This document shows positions 37,581 through 49,215 of a stretch of DNA of 64,000 nt, piece by piece. Made by a program: the position numbers and the translations under genes. Position 1 is the first letter of the stretch, and the number at the start of each line of letters is the position of its first letter. The notes below the pieces were generated by a model. The model searched no databases. It was not told the origin of the DNA and worked only from the letters and a program-made list of their open reading frames with translations. Source of the DNA: Dicyema japonicum (Eukaryota > Animalia > Dicyemida); the NCBI GenBank assembly GCA_011109175.1, contig RDEW01000007.1:927261-991260 (forward strand), written 5' to 3'.

Positions 37581-37785
37581 TAGTACCCCCAAAGCACTTA
37601 TAGTACCCCCAAAGCACTTATAGTACCCCAAAGCACTTATAGTACCCCCAAAGCACTTATAGTACCCCCAAAGCACTTATAGTACCCCCAAAGCACTTGT
37701 AGTACCCCAAAGCACTTATAGTACCACCAAAGCACTTATAGTACCACCTAAGCACTTATAGTACCACCAAAGCACTTATAGTACC
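37581..37785. repeat. Minisatellite, ~10.3 x 19-20 bp (tagtacc(c/a)ccaaagcactta)
   Basis: Read directly. Confidence 0.97.
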
Positions 37786-39799
37786 GGGGAACCTCAAAAT
37801 TCAAAACTATTAAAGGATTTTGGCTGTATTTGTGGACAAGTAAGATCTGATAATATAAATGAGAGTACCTTAATAATTCCTTCAAAACCAATATCTTTCA
37901 AGCAGAAAACTTTCATTTCCGTCTTATAGGACAGTCCCGGGGACACCATGGGAACCTATTGTTGGAGTACTAACTAGGTACTGAGATTGTCCTCGGTTGC
38001 AGGTCGTATTCTGAATCCTCGACTTCTGAAAGAATGGCCAAGTCCAAGACCTCCTGCTCAGACCCTACATTTTGACTTCCAACTTCAAAAGAAAGTCTGG
38101 TCCGATGCCCTCGAACTCAAAATAAGTAAAAAATGACTTCCCCCAACACCTTGACCTTCATGCTTTCAAACTCACTGATCGTCAGGTTCCTTGTGGAAGA
38201 GGCCGAGACGTATTCTTTCACAATCCTCAGCCGCATGAATGTGTTCTCGTAGTTGAAGATCTTGTGCATATCTTTTCATTGAATATTCCACCAAACCTCG
38301 GAAACTATCAGCTTCTCGTCTCCGTTCCTGAGAGAACTTCCTTTTAGCAATTTTCGCCAATTCTGAGGTTCCCATCTCCCTGTTTTTGTGCCACGTGTCA
38401 TACTTCACTAAGTTTTGGAGGGTTCTTTTTTCTGTATAGTAAAGCTCCAGTCCACCACCAACAATAAAAACGACTTTCACCCTCACTGACTGTCACAAGC
38501 ACGTTGTTGAACGGTCCATAAGTCCCAAAGCAGACCGCTTGAGTTTGGAAATTAAAATTTAAAACAGAGCACGTGGTTTTCTTGTTGTACAACCGAATTT
38601 GATTGTTTCGGAGAGCGACCACTAATAACCAATCAGGAGAGGAGGCCAAATGAACTCCTCGAAAGGTCACAAAATCCGCTGGCATTTTCTGACTCCAGTT
38701 TCTCCCTCCCTAAAATAAGGGATGTCTCTTACTTCTACGTTAAGGATTTGCAGGAATCTGTCTTGTGACCCCACCAGGATGCCATCCACTGTCGAAAAAA
38801 GGCCAATAATCGGCACAGGAAATCTGGTTAGTGTCTTGACAGTGAAATTGTTACTAAAATACGGGGGATGGTAAACGTCTCGATCAGGTACACGTAGGAC
38901 GAACGGGTAGACACAAAGATGTCGCTCATCATTCTAAAGGATCCACAAGAAGAGATGAAAACGGGGACATCAGGGATTTTTATCTTAAATATCAAAATAG
39001 GCTGGGACCTTCCTGATCACAAGAAAAGAAGTCATATCCATAATATAAATCGTGCAATCCTCGGTCCCCACTATCAAGTGGTCAACATCGTCAGGGTTCA
39101 TATCAGCCTTCTTGATCGAGGACATGCAGCAAATCACGGACTAATGGTTAACAGTAGAACTGCCTGGGAACGAAAAGGTTGAATAAAACTCATCGTCTCA
39201 ATCAGTTGGAATCTCTTCGTGGGTACTGCAACGAAGGAAAACGTTAGAGTTGGAAGAAAGGCTTACCCCCTTTTCTCTGAAAACTCAAAATTCGAATTAC
39301 ATTAGTTTCTTGAGTTCTTCTACTGTTTCCAACACGTTGCCAGTCTACGTTGTAGGCAAAAATAAAACTTCGAGCAAATTCATCCAAATTTTGCTCTCCT
39401 CTTCGTTGGGAGATTGGTCAGGCAGTGAGCAGCGGTAGAAGGGTCTCAAGTTCTTGTAGATGTATATTTTCGACCCAGCAGAGACAGCGAGTGCTAAATA
39501 AGGATAATTTCCTGTACCTGGGTGGCTGATCTCATCTGGACCGACTTGAATAACTTCAACACCAGACACCAAATCGGGGATTTCAATGGAAGAGACATTG
39601 ACAGCAGCTGATGTAAGTTTAAACTTAAACCAGAAAAGACGACTAATCTTGAGGTCCCTTCTTTTATATTTAAGTCTGCGAGGATGAGTCGACAGTCCGA
39701 TTTTGTAAGTTTTTTCTCAAGAGTAATGCATTGAGTCACTGTTGTCAGCTTAGTCCGAGGAAGGGAGTACAAATGATTCCAATTTTCCCGACTCGTCAT
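37748..39799 (-). CDS. BBS1: Bardet-Biedl syndrome 1 protein (BBSome subunit), multi-exon
   Basis: LALAVSAGSKIYIYKNLRPFYRCSLP; HLIVGTED; IPDVPVFI; VCFGTYG; C-terminal FEGIGPDFLLKL, VPGLSY and GIIK|ILLV match BBS1. Confidence 0.9.
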
Positions 39800-39959
39800 T
39801 TTTCGATATCGTCTACCTGATTTTATTCTGGTTGCTGAGGTAGTATTTTTACTATTTAATTTTATTATTTACGGTTTTTATTGGTTGGTTAAATTTTTAA
39901 TTTAAAATATTTTTAAAATTTAATAAAATAAGGATTTTCAGATCTTCTCCGAAATAGAG

Positions 39960-40110
39960 ACCTCTCATTCCAGTTCCAAACATATCCGTTCTGTACGTTC
40001 ATGTGCGGGCATGAAAGAAGAACACCGGGCAAAGATGAGGTCTCTGTAGAATGCATCGGAATCACATGATAATTAGTTTGGTTTTACCGTGGTCTTGGGT
40101 TAAATAAAAA
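39960..40110 (+). mobile_element. 3' tail of the 13.3-kb LINE family
   Basis: caccgggcaaagatga matches caccgagcaaagatga near 13385-13400 (reverse); ends ggaatcac..taattagttt..gtggtcttgggttaaataaaa. Confidence 0.65.
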
Positions 40111-40144
40111 AATCACGACTATTAATCGAACACTCAATTAATCA

Positions 40145-40440
40145 AGGATCAGTTGTACCTATGCTCTGGAAGAAATCCACAATCATTTCTATTTTGAAGG
40201 CTGAGACCATTCTCATCCTTCTTATCGTCCAATTTCTATTTGTCTGTTGTCTCCAAGATTGTTGAAAGAGTTCTATTTTTAATCAAACCATACCTTTTAT
40301 TTTCCGATTCCAACATAGCTTTTGTGCCTATCATTCGCCTACAACCCTTTTTTCTAAACTGACGAATAACAATAAACCTCCGAAAAGAACAATTATTGCG
40401 TCTATTGAAAAAGCTTTTGACAGATCATCGAGACACGTTC
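40145..40440 (+). mobile_element. LINE RT fragment
   Basis: VPMLWKKSTIISILK..YRPISICL.SKIVERV..FQHSF. Confidence 0.6.
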
Positions 40441-40639
40441 TGAGCAGGAAGACCTTGTTATCGAATGCTCGTGCTTCCTCCCTGGCTTTCAACGAGGAAT
40501 CTAATAATTTTGACTGGGAAAAAGTTGCTGCGCATACCCCATTCCAAATCAGGCATTTCCTTGAGAGAAAGGAAGACCACTATCCAAGCCTACCAGTTCC
40601 TGAGATGACGGGAATGCGACCAATCAACCCAATTAATGG

Positions 40640-41090
40640 CGGAATGCCTCGGGAACCGCCCAGTGCTGCGTCGACAAGAGAGGATGAGAAGGCCTTTGTG
40701 GTCCAAAACAGATCCTCATCGACAGAAATGAGGCTACTATAGGTAAACTTCAAAACTAACGGAAAAACTAATTCTAAAGGAACCAATTAATGAGGATTGG
40801 AAAACGTCCAGCTCAGCACCGATGTATGGGAAAGCGGCTGACAAAATATAAGCCCGGCAACAAAATGTAAGCTATTTTTCTTCCCCTCGCGATTTCTTTA
40901 TCATGGAAAAAAGTTTTATCTTCAGAATGCTGTTGCTGCCGAGCTGATGGACGGGAAATTGTTCATTTTCTAAGGGTTGATTGAGTAGGTAATGTCGGTC
41001 CAGTTCTTCAATTTGTGTGGGACAAAGCGGTTTTCCTCAAAATCACCAACCAACTCCACAACCAATCAGCAATTTTGTCATCTAAATCGG
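40640..41090. repeat. Unclassified dispersed repeat, copy 1 (paralog 43065-43445)
   Basis: Shared blocks tgctgcgtcga, tgtggtcca.aacagatc.tcatcgacag, aaccaattaatgag, agcaccgatgt, ggctgacaaaat, ggtccagttcttcaattt, ttcctcaaaatcacc, cagcaattttgtcatctaa. Confidence 0.8.
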
Positions 41091-41569
41091 ATTGCAGAAA
41101 TCTTGAAGAATACTCCGGATGAGTAGCATGTCGCTTGATAATGAGGACTGGTAAGGAAATGTCCACAACAGAAGTTAAGCTGATGCCCCAAATCTGACGG
41201 TTGATAATATAGGGATAATCCGCGTGGAAATGGGAAGCTCAATATCATGAGGTTTCCTCATCGTTACTAGCAGCTTCGGGAGAAAAGATATGATCTTTTA
41301 TTCCGATTAAGAGATTCATCTTGCGAGAGTTTCAGATTACAAATCTCGGATTTACGAGCACAATCTCGAGGCCACATCTTCTATGAGTGGGAATAATTAT
41401 TTCTAGACTTTTTATGACTGACTCTGTGACCGCCGATCGTGGCATCATCCAAATACAGTAAAGTCCCTCAATTTGACCCAAAATTGTTCCTGAACTATTT
41501 GTGGCCAATTTGGGAATTTGGCTAATTTGGGAATTTGAAACATCTGGGTACTTTTTTTTAATTTAATTT

Positions 41570-42790
41570 AAAAACCAATAATCACCGACAAAACAAAGGA
41601 AGGTAGGGGCCGTCATGATCCCGGCCCCTTGAGCAGCCGCCTCATTTTTCCTCGGTGTTCCTCCCGAGTATCGACACACTTCCTGTATGGACGAATCACT
41701 TTTCGGAAGTTTAGGGGTTTTGGCTAAGTTTTCGTTCTTTTCACTAGTTCCTAGAACGGGGTTGGTTTTAATGATGAAGAGAATTTTTGCAGAGTTTTTG
41801 TTGCTGTCTCTTAAAAGGAGTTTAATTTCTTTAGGTTGATATGGTATATGTTAGATCCCCATGCGGCGCAGCAGTAACTGTGTAGTAGTATGTGGTAGTA
41901 GAGATGATTTACTGTTGGATGGAACCATAACTTGTATCATCCAATTAGCGTTTTTACAAAGTTCAATTTTTGCTAGGAAAGGTGATTATGTCGCTCACAT
42001 ATTTGTTGAAGTCATTGTGGGTCATTAGTGACCCCCAGTATTTTGGTTGAATTTGTGGAGGTAATTGTTATTCCAATTAAGGTCAATGGAAGCGTTGAGT
42101 TAGTCAATTTCTGTTGGAAGTAAATATAAAAGAGCACGGCTTTTTAGGACTTTGTGTAGTTGGATTCTCGTATGCTAACAGTTTAGGCTATCCAGTGAAT
42201 CTAGCAAGCGGGTACCCGCTGTGTGGATGCATTGGTCTCTCGCCAGGAATAAGTCGTCGGTGTAAGCAAGGAATAGGGTGTCGTTGCAGCTGTAAGAAGG
42301 CATGTCGCTCATGAATAGGTTGAATAGAATGGAAGAGAGGGGGATCCTTGCGGACCCATTCGGTAGAAATTTAGTGATTGAAGATGTGAAATGGAAGATT
42401 ATTTTTTCTCTTCGTCTGTTGAGGAAGTTAGCGAGCTAAATTTTCAGGTTGTTCAGAATGTTAGAGCCATAGATCTTCCTAGTGAATAGTTTTTTAGGTA
42501 TTGAGTCAAAAGCCTTCTGTATGTCAATGGAACACATAATGGTCTTTTGATGCCGAGGTTTGCGTTGAAGGTCTTCTTTGATGAATTATGTTAGGCAAGT
42601 TAGGTGGGTTGTTGTCGAACGAACCTTCTTAAATCCATGTTGGAAGGATACGTCTGGGAGGTAAGGTTTAATCTGATTGAGAATGAGTTTATCCAGGATT
42701 TTGGAGGTGGCACACAGGAGGGATATTGGTCTGTACGAAGCTGGTGAGTCCTTCGACCGTCCAGATTTTGGTAAAATTTTTAATTCGAAT
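41570..42790 (-). mobile_element. 5'-truncated I/Jockey-like LINE with 3' hairpin
   Basis: SYRPISLLCATSKILDKL, FQHGFKKVRSTTTHL, YCCAAWGS; perfect hairpin at 41605-41629. Confidence 0.8.
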
Positions 42791-43064
42791 TTTGATTTTT
42801 TAATAAAATTATTGAAAAAGATTAGTAAAAATAATTTTTTAATAATGTGTGCCCAATTTCTTAGGAAAATTGGCTTTTTTGAAAACTTTAAGCCATATGT
42901 TGGCCAATTGAGACTTCACTGTACCAACAATTGAAAAGTGGGGAGGGGGCAGTCCGATGGGATCGAAAATTCTAACGGGGAAGGAGGATGCTTAATCTCC
43001 AAAGTGGAAATGACTTCAGGGTTGACTGGAGGACAGTCTCAGTTAAAAAAACGTCCTAGCTGCT

Positions 43065-43445
43065 GCCAGGATGTCTCCGTCCATCCCTGCTGCGTCGATA
43101 GAGAGGGGTAAAGCCCATTGTGGTCCACAACAGATCTTCATCGACAGGAATAAGGCTACCACACGTCAACCCTGAACAAACGGAAGACCAAATTCGACCG
43201 TCATCCTGATCCAAAAGGAAACCAATTAATGAGAATGAGAAAGCACCCAGCTAAGCACCGATGTGTGGGGAAGAGGCTGACAAAATTAAGCCTGGCGGTG
43301 CAAGTTGTTGTTTTCAAAAGGGTTGATTGACTAATCTTGTAGGTAATGTTGGTCCAGTTCTTCAATTTTGTGGACAAAGGGGGGTTTCCTCAAAATCACC
43401 TACCAACTCCCCAACCCAGCAGCAATTTTGTCATCTAAAGCAAAT
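43065..43445. repeat. Unclassified dispersed repeat, copy 2
   Basis: Same shared blocks as the 40640-41090 copy. Confidence 0.8.
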
Positions 43446-45055
43446 TGAGGATTCTTGCAGATCAGAACCGTATAAATGAGCCGTCTGAACAGTCCTACGT
43501 GTTGATTGACACCCAAGTCCCCAACGACCATTGGATTCCGCCTTGCCCAGGACAATTACCTAATCTACTTATTTCTGAAGAGAACGTAAAAGATGGGTGG
43601 AAGACTTGATGAGCTCGTCCGGGGTACCTCAAAGACCTCATTGCTCAGAACATGAACAACTCTGGGGTCCAGCTCGTGTTGGCTATCACCGAACTAATGA
43701 ACAAGATGCTTTCAGGGACACTACCAGAAACAATTCGACACGTAATGTTCTCCGCAAAGTAAATCGCATTCGATAAGAGTGGAAGGGGATTACGCCCTTT
43801 TGCTGTTAGCTTGTTTTTTCGTCGGTTGGCTTCCAAGCCTGTATGCAGAGCAACACTGATAACACAGCTATAACCAACCCAAATAGGGTCGGCACACCCG
43901 GTGGTTGTGACGCCGCAGTTCATGCTGTCCGTACATTCACTGAGAAGAACAAGAATATTCCGCACGTAATCGTCAAAATTGACATCAAAAACGCCTTCAA
44001 CACGATAGGGCGTGATACAATTCTGGAGGATTGCTTCACATACTACCCATCAGTGTACAACTATGTTCATAGCTCGTATGGAAAACCTTCCAGTCTGGTA
44101 GATGGTCAATACTCCATACCATCGTTTTCTGGAGTTCAACAAGTAGACTCACTGGGCTCTGTCTTGTTCAGCCTGGGAATTGCCCGTATCACGGAATATT
44201 GTTCTATTCCGCTGAAAGTATGGTATTTGGATGATTGCACCATGAGAGGTCATCCGAAGGATGTACTGGATTGTTTGAAAAGTCTGATAGTTCAAATGGA
44301 ATCCCTATCTCAAACTCTAAACACCTCAAAGTTTGAAGTTACTAATTTTGCATTTTCGCAGCCTGAATGGAACTGATTTTTGAGATGTTCAGAGAGATCA
44401 TTTGGAAAGCCACAGAAACCAAAGCAGAACAACTAGAAATACTTGGATGCCCTCTTAATGATGCTGTAATTAGTACACTCTCAGAACAAAAGAACAACAA
44501 CTAAAAACAACATTCATACTCTGGAAATGCTCTTTATTCCTGCTGAGAAACGCCTAATCAGCACAGAAACTGAAACTACGTTCTTTGGAGCACCCTGCTA
44601 CCTGACAAATGCAACAGCTCGATACACTCTTCCGCACTACTATTGAAAGTATCACCAATTTTAAATTTGATGACCGAGGGTGGGACCAAGCGACCCTACC
44701 CGTTAGCTTAGGTGATCTGGGAATCCTTTCACCTAAAGATTTGGCTTGCCCAGCGTATCAAAATCACAATTTTTCCATTCGAGGAGGGAAAATTTTTGGT
44801 ATAGGATGCTACGTGTGTCGACCCCCTTTGACAATCAAACATTATCGGGAGCGCAGTAGACACACAGTATGCCGCGGAAAAAACAATGAGGGCAAAGAAG
44901 AAAAATATGAAGCGCTACGTAATCGATACACGTTCATTGTTGTTGAGACAACTGGAAGGATAAGGGGAAATCGCTTTGTTTTTTAAAGAAACTTGGACGC
45001 CTAGCAACACTAAAAAACCACGAGGCACGTCAGACTCGGTGGCTTGTAAATCATA
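43445..45055 (+). mobile_element. CRE-clade non-LTR retrotransposon (decayed, internally deleted)
   Basis: GTPGGCDAAVHAVR, KIDIKNAFN, GVQQ.DSLG, VWYLDD, WDQATLPVSLGDLG, EKYEAL..VETTG. Confidence 0.85.
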
Positions 45056-45059
45056 ATAG

Positions 45060-45345
45060 TTATAATTTCACTCGTGCAGCATTCAAAACAATCCTTCGGA
45101 TCAACTTCTTTCTACCTCCTCGATTGTAGAGTTTCCTCAGCTCGTCCAAGTCGTCCCCACTTCTTAGACGTTTGTTCAAGAGCTTTAGACCTCCGTCAAG
45201 TGTTTCTGGTAGTGTAATACTCCGGCGTCCACGAAAACACGGTCCCTGTCTCAAAGTAATCCTCCATTGTTATGTTTGCTGGAGCGCCCAAGTCCATACG
45301 TAAGATATGTCCAAATACCCTCCAGCGCTTGATTTTCGTGTTTCT
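45060..45345 (-). mobile_element. RTE LINE 3' fragment
   Basis: VFGHILRMD, FRGRRSITLP..L, DDLDELRKL, same family as the 17.5-kb RTE. Confidence 0.75.
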
Positions 45346-45649
45346 AATAAAATATAATTTAATTTATCAACCCAAAAAACAAAAAAGTAGATAATAGTTA
45401 TCGCCTATGTTTAACTTCATTTTACGATTTTCTAGGAATCCTTAAAAAGTCATTTTCTCCATAAGGAGGATTCCAGATATGATCAGACTTCTGGGCCGAG
45501 GTTATGTTCTGAGACTATCTTTTTAAAGAAATATGTAGTTTTCCGTTAATTGGTTCGATGATTCATAACGAGGGTGGTATTATGTCACGCGCACGGTGCG
45601 CACCCATTCGCGCTAAAATATCTAAAATCATGCAGAAAGTTTGAGCAGA

Positions 45650-45780
45650 TGCTATGTCCGATGCGAAGAGCTGTACAGTATTCTCGACCCCGACGGATCG
45701 TCCTCTCCCTGTTCGGTCTATGATCACCTAGTTAGTTGAGAACTTTTCTTTCTTTTTGACCTAGTAATCCTGGGGAAATA
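45650..45780 (+). mobile_element. LINE 3' tail, paralog of 57397-57532
   Basis: gtcc.atg.gaagagctgt, attctcgacccc, gatcac.tagttag.tgagaacttt, atcctgggg. Confidence 0.8.
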
Positions 45781-46219
45781 AGCCAAGTTGTTACGATTAA
45801 AAATATCTAAAAAATTCAAATTATAAAATTTACTTTCCAGTTGTCATAAATATTTTTAGAGAGATTTAAAAAACCAATTTTTCATCGTTCCATTAATGAT
45901 TGAAAGAGTAAAATCAATAATCCGATCTAACGTGTGTTAAATTTTGCAGAATTCCTCATTTAAAGTTCTAAAAATTGAAGGTGATGTTGTTGTTCATGGA
46001 TTGACCTTATGGAATTCAAAGGTTTTATATTATTTAATATTATAGGAGGATGCTGAGTGAGAGTATTATTCTCCCGAAAATGTAAACGTTGGTAAAGAAA
46101 CATGACTGAATTTAGAGCAAGTAGAGGATTTTTTGAAAGTTTAAAAATTTTTGAAGTTATTAAAGGATTTTTTAAAAGTCATTAACCCAAAATTAAATAA
46201 ATTTCTTAATCTATTATTC

Positions 46220-46510
46220 CAAGGCCATGCATGTTTTGCCATGTGGCCAATTAATTGAAGATTTCTCTTCATTTTCTCTGACGGTGTCATTGGATCAACC
46301 AAGCTCAGAAGACGCACAATGCCTATGTGCCATTCAAAGGGATCTATCCACTCAATCCACCGGGACACAATTTCGTTCCCGGGCGACGAGTTCTGGAATC
46401 GACCTCAGCTCCCCGAACAACGTCCTCTAGATCACTGTGCTTGGATGAAGGCTCTGCTGGAATGCGTCAAGATCAAGAATTTGTTAGTTTGGTTTAACCT
46501 GGGTCTTTAA
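46220..46510 (+). mobile_element. Probable LINE 3' fragment
   Basis: PMCH-like segment followed by a ttagtttggtttaacc..ggtctt tail like 40075-40100. Confidence 0.35.
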
Positions 46511-46559
46511 ATAATTTAATATCAAAAGTAAAATCTAATGGTATGGTAGCAAAAAATAT

Positions 46560-46900
46560 ATAAAGCCGATTAGATGATAGTTTTTTAAAACAGTCCTATC
46601 AAAGAATGCGTGAGATTGAACAATTTTTGCTAGAATGGAATATCAAATTATCGAAAAACTAACTAAAATTCGAGCCCACAAAATCTGAGTGGAATTAAAA
46701 CAGATTTAAGTCATTTTTCCTGCGAATACAGAATCATTTTTACAGTCAATGGACCAAAGAGTGATTAAAGTTCTCATGTCTCATTTCAACAGATTATTCA
46801 ACAATTATGACCGGAAAAATCCTTATGTTGCTCACAAAGAAATCAATTTAAAAGGATGTCGTACACATATCATTCAAGGACTCAACATTTTAAAATTTTT
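46560..46900 (+). mobile_element. pogo/Tigger transposase remnant
   Basis: FPANTESFLQSMDQRVIKVLMSHF matches the DDE_1 LPANTT..LQPMDQGVI motif. Confidence 0.7.
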
Positions 46901-47135
46901 TCAAGCATGCAATTACAGCCTTTAAATAAAAGTCCGCTATTATCACCTCCAAAAAAGCGTATTAACAATGCGTAATGTGTTAAAAAATAATTAAAATTAG
47001 TAATGTTATTGTATCGGTGGCGTTAAAACTCTCTCGAGTTGGCAAAAATGTTGAAAGGAAAAAAGGAGAAGGGTCACTTACGTTACCTGATGGTATGAAT
47101 GTAATTCTTGCCATATTCGAGAGCGTTGTGGTAGA

Positions 47136-49143
47136 TGACCCCGAGAATCAGTTGGGTACTGTGTGAAATTGTCAGGGGGCAAAAGAGCAGGCTTTGATCA
47201 ACAAATGCCTTTCTGTGTCTCACGGAAACTCACTTTTGTCTATGTGGGTGGATGTGAAGAAGGCTTACCATTCAGTTGATCATTCTTACCTTGTCGAGTG
47301 CCTACACAGTCTGTGTATGCCTGTGTGGTTCATCAGCTTTGTAGTGGCTGTGATGAATAGGTGGAGTATTCATCTGAACTATAGTAGTTACCGGATAGGC
47401 GAGGTAAAACTCAAGAGGGGGATCCTTCAGGGGGATAGCATGTCTCCGCTACTCTTTGTTCTCTGTTTGGAGCCATTGAGTCGCCGCCTCAATGACCGGT
47501 TTGAGCAAATACCAGTTCATTGTGAGGGGTTTGTTTCAGTACAAATCACCTTCTTTTTATCGATGACCTGAAGATGTATGCTCGAACAGCCGAGGAGCTC
47601 TACTCCATGGGGGTCTGTGCCAGGGAATTCTTTGAGAGTATAGGACTAGATTTGAATTATTCAAAGTCTGCGACTAACACGCAAGTATGTAGCGAGTTAG
47701 TAAGAGTCCTAGAGGAACACGAAGGATATAAGTATCTGGGTGTTACCGAATCTCCAAAGTCCCTTATAATGCCTGAGACAAAGCGACAAATTACTGAAGG
47801 CATCCGTAAAAGAGCAGCGTTATTGTGTAAGACGTCTCTAAATGCAAGGAATTTGTTCCTAGCATTAAATGAGTATGCTGTCTCGCTGCTAAACTACTAC
47901 ATAGGTGTTGTGGAGTTTGAGCCCAAAGAGTATGATGAGATGGATGTTATGATCCGTGGAGTACTCAGAGAGAACCATGTCCATGTGTGGCAGCCAATAA
48001 GGAGAGACTATATTTACCCCGTGATAAATTCGGCCGTGGACTGTGTGGAGTAGTCCAACTAAGTGAGCGTATCCTAATGCGAATGCACGACACCCTGATA
48101 GCTGGGTCAAGTGTGTCTGCTAGGAAGCACGCCATAATAACGACCGAGAAAACACGGGCAACCCACCTAGGCACTATCAGACCTTTTTTGTCTGCTAAGT
48201 ATGGTGTTGATGATGGTGGGCTAGTAAATGTGAAGGCGTTGATCGAATTACAATATAATAATTTGATGGAAAAGATCAACTTAAAAAGCCTTCATAAGGT
48301 CCTCTTCAGAGCATTGGACAACCCACATGTCGACCTTAAGTCGTCGACAATATGGCTAAAATACGGTGACAACTCACCTCGATCGGAGGCGTTGTACACG
48401 TATATGCAAGACCGCAATATTTTTTGGGGTCGATCAACAAATACATGTCCCCACTGTAAGTCAAGGAGCATGTCGGTTGATCATTTAGCCACTCGATGTG
48501 GATCCATGCTCTGCACGACTATGTGTGGAGGCACAACGAGGTAGTAAGGAGTCTTCATCTTCTACTATGCAATAAGTATGGTATTCGCCACACCAGAAAG
48601 TTGCGGACTCATAAGGTGCAATCTGTAGTAGAGAACACCAGGGTCCAAATTAAGGTAGACAGTGTTATCCGTACCTCGGTGCTAGTCAAGCACAATAAAC
48701 CGGACATTGTGGTACACGATAAGGAGTCTGGCCAAGTCCTTATCATAGAGGTTGGCATCACGTCTCAAGACCGTTTGCAGACTGTGGAGGTGGAGAAAAA
48801 AAGGAAGTATGACTTTCTTGCAAACGAGATGGGGCAGATGCTTGGTTGCAAGGTCCTCGTTATTCCTATAGTAATGACGTGGGAAGGAATTGCAACAAAG
48901 TACCACAAGGGTTATCTGAAGCAGTTGGGGGTAGATAGGAAGCTCCAGGCCTATCTACAGTCCACTGTGTTAAAGCGGACCCTAGAGAGCCTGACACTGG
49001 AGTATAGGAGGCAGAGCCCTGAGATGCCATATGGGCAGAGGGTTCAATTGGACAAGCGCTCTCGGAGTTGTTTCAGCAACCAGAATCGAACCTGCCTGAG
49101 GGGGCTGGCGAACAGGCAGGCGAGGAAGGTTGTTGATTATTAA
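47136..49143 (+). mobile_element. 5'-truncated R4/Dong-like non-LTR retrotransposon (RT + CCHC + restriction-like endonuclease)
   Basis: ENQLGTV*NCQGAKEQALIN, WVDVKKAY, QGDSMSPLLF, HLLFIDD, YKYLG, RLYLPR..GRGL, CPHC..H...C, RHN, KPDIV, IIEVG, EKKRKY. Confidence 0.92.
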
Positions 49144-49215
49144 ATATATTAACTTTTTTATTGTTTGTTAAATAAAGTTTAGAGTAATGTTATTGTAAAT
49201 AGAATGATCATCTAT

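Noticed and set aside
37581-37785. Regular ~20-bp repeats as a CRISPR array
   Set aside because: Units are head-to-tail with no unique spacers, there are no cas genes, and the context is eukaryotic; it is a minisatellite.
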